Below are positions 58,673-64,000 of a stretch of 64,000 nucleotides of DNA, piece by piece. Both the position numbers and the translations under genes were made by a program. The stretch's first letter is position 1. The number at the start of each line of letters is the position of its first letter. The notes beneath the pieces are model-generated. The model saw nothing but the letters and a program-made list of their open reading frames with translations, had not been told where the DNA came from and made no database searches. The stretch is taken from sequence record NC_054934.1; one strand, written 5' to 3'. The stretch comes from Escherichia phage teqskov.

Positions 58673-59511
58673 TTCAATTCGTAATTCCGAGCTATCAACG
58701 TGTAGGGGCAGTTTCTGCCCTTGATATGTTTCCGACTGATTATGAACCTCATATCGTAGTACGTGAACATGAAGAAAAAGCTTATTATGACGCCTATGGG
58801 TCTAGAGCTAAAATTATAACTATTCCTGATGATGTAAACGGAATTGCCGGTACTCGTAAAGCAATTACTGATATGTATGCAGGTCAACGAATCTGGATGA
58901 TTGACGATGATACTACTATTCGTATGAGTTCAATGCGAAAAAGAGATGATCGTCGTTGCGTAGATAAAGTCAATCAATTGACTCGTGAACAGTTCTATGA
59001 ATTGATTCAATATGTTGAGGATGCCATGGATTGTGGGTATTATCATGGCCATGCTCGTCTACCTATTTTTAAAATTACTTCATCTTGGGGTAATTATCGT
59101 GAAAATTCATATGGATTCACGAATACATGGTATGACCTTGGAAAACTTACTACAGAACAAATTGGGTATGGAAAAATTGATTTATGCGAAGATATGTATG
59201 CATTTCTCAATTTAATTAATCAAGGTTATCCGCATTTGGCCTTGTTCAAATATCTAGTTGTATCTGGAAAAGCACAAGCTCCTGGCGGGTGCAGTTCAAT
59301 TCGCAGTAATTCTAAACATAATAGAGCGCTTGAGCAAATCAATATAGAGTTTCCAGAGCAAGCTCGTTGGAAAACTTCTAATATTGAAAAACGAAAATCG
59401 TTGGGTGAAGAAGACGAGCCATTAAAGGTTCTTCGCATGTGTGTTTCGCGCAAAGAAAAATCAGAAGCATTTCATAAGTTTAATGCTATTCATCCAATAG
59501 CAGTTGATTAA
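58669..59511 (+). CDS. Putative GT-A glycosyltransferase (DxD motif) at the beta-gt locus; not T4 beta-gt-like
   Basis: 280 aa from ATG 58669 (ATGA overlap with 42); IWMIDDDTTI DxD motif; T4 has the 351 aa beta-gt here. Confidence 0.5.
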   Translation: MIQFVIPSYQRVGAVSALDMFPTDYEPHIVVREHEEKAYYDAYGSRAKIITIPDDVNGIAGTRKAITDMYAGQRIWMIDDDTTIRMSSMRKRDDRRCVDKVNQLTREQFYELIQYVEDAMDCGYYHGHARLPIFKITSSWGNYRENSYGFTNTWYDLGKLTTEQIGYGKIDLCEDMYAFLNLINQGYPHLALFKYLVVSGKAQAPGGCSSIRSNSKHNRALEQINIEFPEQARWKTSNIEKRKSLGEEDEPLKVLRMCVSRKEKSEAFHKFNAIHPIAVD

Positions 59512-59566
59512 TGCCTAAATTTATTGTGTTATAATTACTCTATCTTTAACCAGTGAGGAAAATATA

Positions 59567-59623
59567 ATGATGCCTATGGAAAAAATGAATGTCTATTGCA
59601 GATTTAAAATCCCGTTTGATTAA
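59567..59623 (+). CDS. Candidate 18-codon upstream ORF overlapping the uvsX start
   Basis: GAGGAA SD at 59555-59560, 6 nt before ATG 59567; the uvsX ATG at 59589 lies inside this ORF. Confidence 0.25.
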   Translation: MMPMEKMNVYCRFKIPFD

Positions 59624-60770
59624 AGCTTCCACTTCTAAAATGACTGCTGAACTGACTACATCTAAATTCTTTAATGAAAAGGATGTAATCCGTACAAAAA
59701 TCCCAATGCTTAATATTGCTATTTCTGGTGCGATTGATGGCGGCATGCAGTCTGGTTTAACTATTTTCGCAGGGCCTTCTAAACACTTTAAATCAAATAT
59801 GTCTTTGACTATGGTTGCGGCATATTTGAACAAATATCCTGACGCGGTTTGTCTATTCTATGATAGCGAATTTGGTATTACTCCAGCTTATTTGCGATCC
59901 ATGGGAGTTGACCCGGAACGTGTAATTCATACGCCAATCCAGTCAGTTGAACAGCTGAAAATTGATATGGTGAACCAGCTTGAAGCTATTGAGCGTGGTG
60001 AAAAGGTTATTGTATTCATCGATTCAATCGGTAATATGGCTTCCAAGAAAGAAACTGAAGATGCTTTGAATGAAAAATCTGTAGCAGATATGACTCGTGC
60101 TAAATCACTGAAGTCATTATTCCGTATTGTTACTCCTTATTTTAGCATTAAAAATATTCCGTGCGTTGCGGTTAACCATACAATTGAAACAATTGAAATG
60201 TTTAGTAAAACCGTGATGACAGGTGGTACAGGCGTAATGTATTCGGCTGATACCGTATTCATTATCGGTAAACGCCAGATTAAAGATGGTTCTGATCTTC
60301 AGGGGTATCAATTTGTTCTAAATGTAGAAAAATCTCGTACCGTTAAAGAAAAAAGTAAATTCTTTATTGATGTTAAATTTGATGGTGGTATCGATCCTTA
60401 TTCTGGATTGTTAGATATGGCTCTAGAATTAGGATTCGTGGTAAAACCCAAAAATGGTTGGTATGCTCGTGAATTTCTTGATGAAGAAACCGGCGAGATG
60501 ATTCGCGAAGAAAAATCTTGGCGTGCAAAAGATACCAACTGCACTACATTCTGGGGTCCTTTATTTAAGCATCAACCATTCCGAGATGCTATTAAACGTG
60601 CTTATCAGTTAGGTGCTATTGATAGTAATGAAATTGTTGAAGCTGAAGTTGATGAATTGATTAACTCAAAGGTTGAAAAATTTAAATCTCCAGAAAGTAA
60701 AAGTAAATCAGCTGCTGATTTAGAAACTGACCTCGAGCAGTTAAGTGATATGGAAGAATTTAATGAGTAA
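59589..60770 (+). CDS. uvsX: RecA-like recombinase UvsX
   Basis: 393 aa; Walker A GPSKHFKS; close match to remembered T4 UvsX. Confidence 0.95.
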   Translation: MSIADLKSRLIKASTSKMTAELTTSKFFNEKDVIRTKIPMLNIAISGAIDGGMQSGLTIFAGPSKHFKSNMSLTMVAAYLNKYPDAVCLFYDSEFGITPAYLRSMGVDPERVIHTPIQSVEQLKIDMVNQLEAIERGEKVIVFIDSIGNMASKKETEDALNEKSVADMTRAKSLKSLFRIVTPYFSIKNIPCVAVNHTIETIEMFSKTVMTGGTGVMYSADTVFIIGKRQIKDGSDLQGYQFVLNVEKSRTVKEKSKFFIDVKFDGGIDPYSGLLDMALELGFVVKPKNGWYAREFLDEETGEMIREEKSWRAKDTNCTTFWGPLFKHQPFRDAIKRAYQLGAIDSNEIVEAEVDELINSKVEKFKSPESKSKSAADLETDLEQLSDMEEFNE

Positions 60771-61107
60771 AGATGATTTAGATTTAGATCTAGAAATTAT
60801 CGATGAATCCCCCTCTTCGGAGGGGGAAGAAGAAAGAAAAGAACGTCTTTTTAATGAGTCTCTTAAGATAATTAAATCTGCCATGGAAAATGTTATCCAG
60901 GAGATTGTCATTAAACTAGAAGATGGTTCTACACATATAGTGTATGTAACTAAACTGGATTGGGTTGATGGAAAGGTTGTAATGGACTTTGCTGTTCTTG
61001 ACCAAGAAAGAAAAGCTGAGTTAGCTCCTCATGTAGAAAAATGTATTACAATGCAACTACAAGATGCATTTAATAAAAGGTCAAAGAAAAAATTTAAATT
61101 CTTTTAA
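60763..61107 (+). CDS. 40: Head vertex assembly chaperone gp40 (by position)
   Basis: 114 aa from ATG 60763 overlapping uvsX stop; sits between uvsX and 41 as T4 gene 40. Confidence 0.6.
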   Translation: MSKDDLDLDLEIIDESPSSEGEEERKERLFNESLKIIKSAMENVIQEIVIKLEDGSTHIVYVTKLDWVDGKVVMDFAVLDQERKAELAPHVEKCITMQLQDAFNKRSKKKFKFF

Positions 61108-61116
61108 GGAGTAAGT

Positions 61117-62544
61117 GTGGTAGAAATTATTCTTTCTCATCTCATATTTGATCAAGCTTATTTTTCAAAAGTTTGGCCATATATGGATTCAGAATATTTT
61201 GAAAGTGGTCCAGCTAAAAATACATTCAAATTAATTAAATCTCATGTTAATGAGTATCATAGCGTTCCATCTATTAATGCGTTAAATGTTGCATTAGAAA
61301 ATAGTTCATTTACTGAAACAGAATATTCTGGTGTAAAAACACTTATTTCAAAACTGGCTGATTCTCCGGAAGACCACAGCTGGTTAATAAAAGAAACAGA
61401 AAAATATGTTCAGCAAAGGGCGATGTTTAATGCTACGTCTAAAATAATCGAAATTCAAACTAATGCTGAGCTTCCTCCGGAAAAACGAAATAAGAAAATG
61501 CCGGATGTTGGTGCTATTCCTGACATTATGCGTCAAGCATTATCAATTTCATTTGATAGTTACGTTGGTCATGATTGGATGGATGACTATGAAGCACGTT
61601 GGCTATCTTATATGAATAAAGCTCGTAAGGTTCCATTTAAACTCAGAATTCTAAACAAAATTACGAAAGGCGGAGCTGAAACTGGAACGCTGAACGTTTT
61701 AATGGCTGGCGTTAACGTTGGTAAGTCATTAGGATTGTGTTCATTGGCAGCAGATTATTTGCAGCTCGGACATAATGTTCTTTACATCTCCATGGAAATG
61801 GCAGAAGAAGTCTGTGCTAAGCGTATTGATGCTAATATGCTTGATGTTTCTCTTGATGACATTGATGATGGGCATATTTCTTACGCTGAGTATAAAGGAA
61901 AAATGGAAAAATGGCGTGAGAAATCTACCCTTGGTCGTTTAATCGTTAAGCAATATCCTACTGGTGGAGCAGACGCTAATACATTTCGATCACTTTTAAA
62001 TGAATTAAAGCTCAAGAAGAATTTTGTTCCAACAATCATTATTGTCGACTATCTAGGTATTTGTAAATCTTGCCGCATTAGAGTTTATTCAGAAAATAGT
62101 TACACAACTGTTAAAGCTATCGCAGAGGAATTGCGTGCTCTTGCTGTTGAAACCGAAACTGTTCTTTGGACCGCAGCACAAGTTGGTAAGCAAGCTTGGG
62201 ATTCTTCTGATGTTAACATGAGCGATATTGCAGAATCTGCCGGTCTTCCAGCAACAGCCGATTTTATGCTTGCGGTCATTGAAACCGAGGAGTTAGCAGC
62301 TGCTGAACAGCAACTCATTAAGCAAATCAAATCACGATATGGTGATAAGAATAAGTGGAATAAGTTTTTGATGGGTGTTCAAAAAGGAAATCAAAAATGG
62401 GTAGAAATTGAACAAGATTCTACTCCAACTGAAGTGAGTGAAGTAGCAGGTTCACAACAGATTCAGGCTGAGCAGAATCGCTATCAAAGAAATGAATCCA
62501 CTCGAGCTCAGTTAGATGCTTTGGCAAATGAATTAAAATTTTAG
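61117..62544 (+). CDS. 41: Replicative DNA helicase gp41
   Basis: 475 aa, GTG start; Walker A GVNVGKS; DnaB-like. Confidence 0.95.
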   Translation: MVEIILSHLIFDQAYFSKVWPYMDSEYFESGPAKNTFKLIKSHVNEYHSVPSINALNVALENSSFTETEYSGVKTLISKLADSPEDHSWLIKETEKYVQQRAMFNATSKIIEIQTNAELPPEKRNKKMPDVGAIPDIMRQALSISFDSYVGHDWMDDYEARWLSYMNKARKVPFKLRILNKITKGGAETGTLNVLMAGVNVGKSLGLCSLAADYLQLGHNVLYISMEMAEEVCAKRIDANMLDVSLDDIDDGHISYAEYKGKMEKWREKSTLGRLIVKQYPTGGADANTFRSLLNELKLKKNFVPTIIIVDYLGICKSCRIRVYSENSYTTVKAIAEELRALAVETETVLWTAAQVGKQAWDSSDVNMSDIAESAGLPATADFMLAVIETEELAAAEQQLIKQIKSRYGDKNKWNKFLMGVQKGNQKWVEIEQDSTPTEVSEVAGSQQIQAEQNRYQRNESTRAQLDALANELKF

Positions 62545-62573
62545 TTTACAAGCTGACAAGACTATGGTATAGT
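62544..62573 (+). promoter_or_regulatory. T4 early promoter with -10 inside an 8 bp inverted repeat
   Basis: GTTTACaag...TGgTATAGT; caagacta/tagtcttg inverted repeat at 62557-62580. Confidence 0.6.
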
Positions 62574-62602
62574 AGTCTTGTTGGTTAAATGAGGAGATTG
62601 TT

Positions 62603-62785
62603 ATGGAATTGGTAAAGGTAGTTTTTATGGGGTGGTTTAAGAATGAAAGCATGTTTACTAAAGAAATCACAATGATGAAAGATGACGTTCAATGGGCTAC
62701 TACTCAATATGCTGAAGTTAATAAAGCATTAGTTGAAGCTTTCATTGATGACAAGAAAGTATGTGAAGTAGATTGCCGAGGATAA
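62603..62785 (+). CDS. dmd: Dmd (61.5), antitoxin against RnlA/LsoA
   Basis: 60 aa directly downstream of gene 41; sequence consistent with remembered T4 Dmd. Confidence 0.75.
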   Translation: MELVKVVFMGWFKNESMFTKEITMMKDDVQWATTQYAEVNKALVEAFIDDKKVCEVDCRG

Positions 62786-62786
62786 T

Positions 62787-63044
62787 ATGCATATTGTTTT
62801 ATTTAAACCTACTCCGTATAACGTCAGGAAAAATACTCAATTCAAAGCACTTATTGCAGATACGTGGGAATTGGTGCTAGATATTCCAGCAGAAGAAAGT
62901 CCTCCATTTGGTCGAGTGGAATTTATTAAGTTTGCTGTACGTCCTACGAAGCGACAGATTCGTCAGTGTAAAAGGTATTTTCGTAAGATCGTTAAGCTAG
63001 AGAAACAGTTTGTAACATGTGATTACGCAGAAGTTTTAAAATAA
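62787..63044 (+). CDS. Hypothetical protein (61.4 position)
   Basis: 85 aa ORF. Confidence 0.5.
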   Translation: MHIVLFKPTPYNVRKNTQFKALIADTWELVLDIPAEESPPFGRVEFIKFAVRPTKRQIRQCKRYFRKIVKLEKQFVTCDYAEVLK

Positions 63045-63046
63045 CT

Positions 63047-63076
63047 GTTTACTTTTGTTGGAAATTGAGATACTAT
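63047..63076 (+). promoter_or_regulatory. T4 early promoter upstream of sp
   Basis: GTTTAC ... gaTACTAT, then GAGGAG SD. Confidence 0.55.
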
Positions 63077-63104
63077 ATAAACATAAATTACTGAGGAGAT
63101 TATC

Positions 63105-63398
63105 ATGAAAAAATTTATCTTTGCCACAATTTTTGCTTTAGCTTCTTGTGCTGCTCAGCCTGCTATGGCAGGTTATGATAAAGATTTGTGCGAATGGTCT
63201 ATGACTGCGGATCAGACTGAAGTTGAAACTCAAATTGAAGCAGATATTATGAATATCGTTGAGCGCGATCGCCCTGAAATGAAAGCTGAAGTGCAAAAAC
63301 AACTTAAGTCTGGTGGTGTAATGCAGTATAATTATGTTCTGTATTGCGATAAAAACTTTAATAACAAAAATATCATCGCTGAAGTGGTAGGTGAATAA
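63105..63398 (+). CDS. sp: Spackle (61.3), periplasmic inhibitor of the gp5 lysozyme
   Basis: 97 aa with signal peptide; size and position as T4 sp. Confidence 0.75.
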   Translation: MKKFIFATIFALASCAAQPAMAGYDKDLCEWSMTADQTEVETQIEADIMNIVERDRPEMKAEVQKQLKSGGVMQYNYVLYCDKNFNNKNIIAEVVGE

Positions 63399-64000
63399 TG
63401 CTCTATCAAATGCACAAGTGCAAAGATACATACAAATATAAAGGTGCCCAGTGTTATATCATTAATCGTGAAAACGCGGGTCCAGGTCATTCGCATCAAT
63501 CACGGTTTGTATTCGTTAAAAACAATGAAATTATAGCAGTTGCTAATTACATGCTTGTGACTAATGATGTTAATCCGGTGCCTTTTACATATTATAATCT
63601 AATGGATTTGGCGTACGATTATAATTGGTTTAATCATGACACTTTGGCTCATATCGAAGGTGTAGGATTTGACATCTCTTATTCTAGTTACTCGTTGTGT
63701 CCTATGAGCCGAGCTCATAAAGAGCCTGAATATTTTTCATTTCGTCGGCGTGTAGACTTTAAACGCAGTACAGAGTATGTCGGTGGAATATTTGTTAAAG
63801 ATAATCGAATTACTCGCATTATTTATCCTTTGGGCTGTGGTCAAAAAGATATTGATGTCGATTTAGACTTCACTGAAAATATCATTAATCATATTGCTTC
63901 TGTGTATTTTGATATTGATCATAAAATTGTAATATGTGGATATGAATTGCCATCTGAAAAACAGTCTAAAGTAAATGTTTCTATTGATGACCAAATTTTT
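63398..64000 (+). CDS. Hypothetical protein (61.2 position), C-terminus beyond window end
   Basis: ATG 63398 overlaps sp stop; frame open to position 64000. Confidence 0.55.
   Translation, partial: MLYQMHKCKDTYKYKGAQCYIINRENAGPGHSHQSRFVFVKNNEIIAVANYMLVTNDVNPVPFTYYNLMDLAYDYNWFNHDTLAHIEGVGFDISYSSYSLCPMSRAHKEPEYFSFRRRVDFKRSTEYVGGIFVKDNRITRIIYPLGCGQKDIDVDLDFTENIINHIASVYFDIDHKIVICGYELPSEKQSKVNVSIDDQIF

Noticed and set aside
60795-60830. Strong GC hairpin cccccctcttcggagggggg resembling a terminator
   Set aside because: It lies inside the gene 40-like coding sequence (encoding DESPSSEGEEE) with no following T-run; probably an in-gene RNA structure.

Overview
This 64 kb window is a near-colinear block of a T4-like (T-even, Tevenvirinae) coliphage genome, close to but not identical with T4. 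Positions 1-7654 carry late baseplate genes on the minus strand (7 partial, 6, 5.4, 5.1, 5, 53). From 7702 to the end, one long plus-strand block runs 4, 2, 3, 1, 57A, 57B, an internal-protein cassette region, a tRNA cluster, nudE, e, denV, the vs/regB/tk region, rI, a hypervariable region, nrdC, pin, 49, nrdD, nrdG, nrdH, 55, agt, 47, 46, rpbA, 45, 44, 62, regA, 43, imm, 42, a glycosyltransferase, uvsX, 40, 41, dmd, sp and a partial 61.2-like gene. Identifications rest on reading the translated ORFs against remembered T4 protein sequences, lengths and gene order; no database search was run. Regulatory content is dense: about 15 sigma70-type T4 early promoters (GTTTAC, then a TG-extended -10), several embedded in inverted repeats, plus late promoters (TATAAATA), GC-stem UUCG-tetraloop hairpins and the gp43 translational operator. 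No CRISPR array, integrase or transposase was seen. The parts most worth a second look are: four ORFs carrying an internal-protein capsid-targeting N-terminus with cargo unlike T4 IPI/II/III; a tRNA cluster with six canonical tRNAs plus one tRNA-like element whose acceptor stem cannot pair; a GIY-YIG/T5orf172-like ORF beside tRNA-Arg; several tandem paralog families in the tk-nrdC region; a macro-domain protein; a nucleotidyltransferase-fold protein next to an AAA+ ATPase; a GrcA-like glycyl-radical gene with host-like codon usage; an uninterrupted nrdD; and a DxD glycosyltransferase at the beta-gt locus. I cannot show that any of these is undescribed; they are candidates only.
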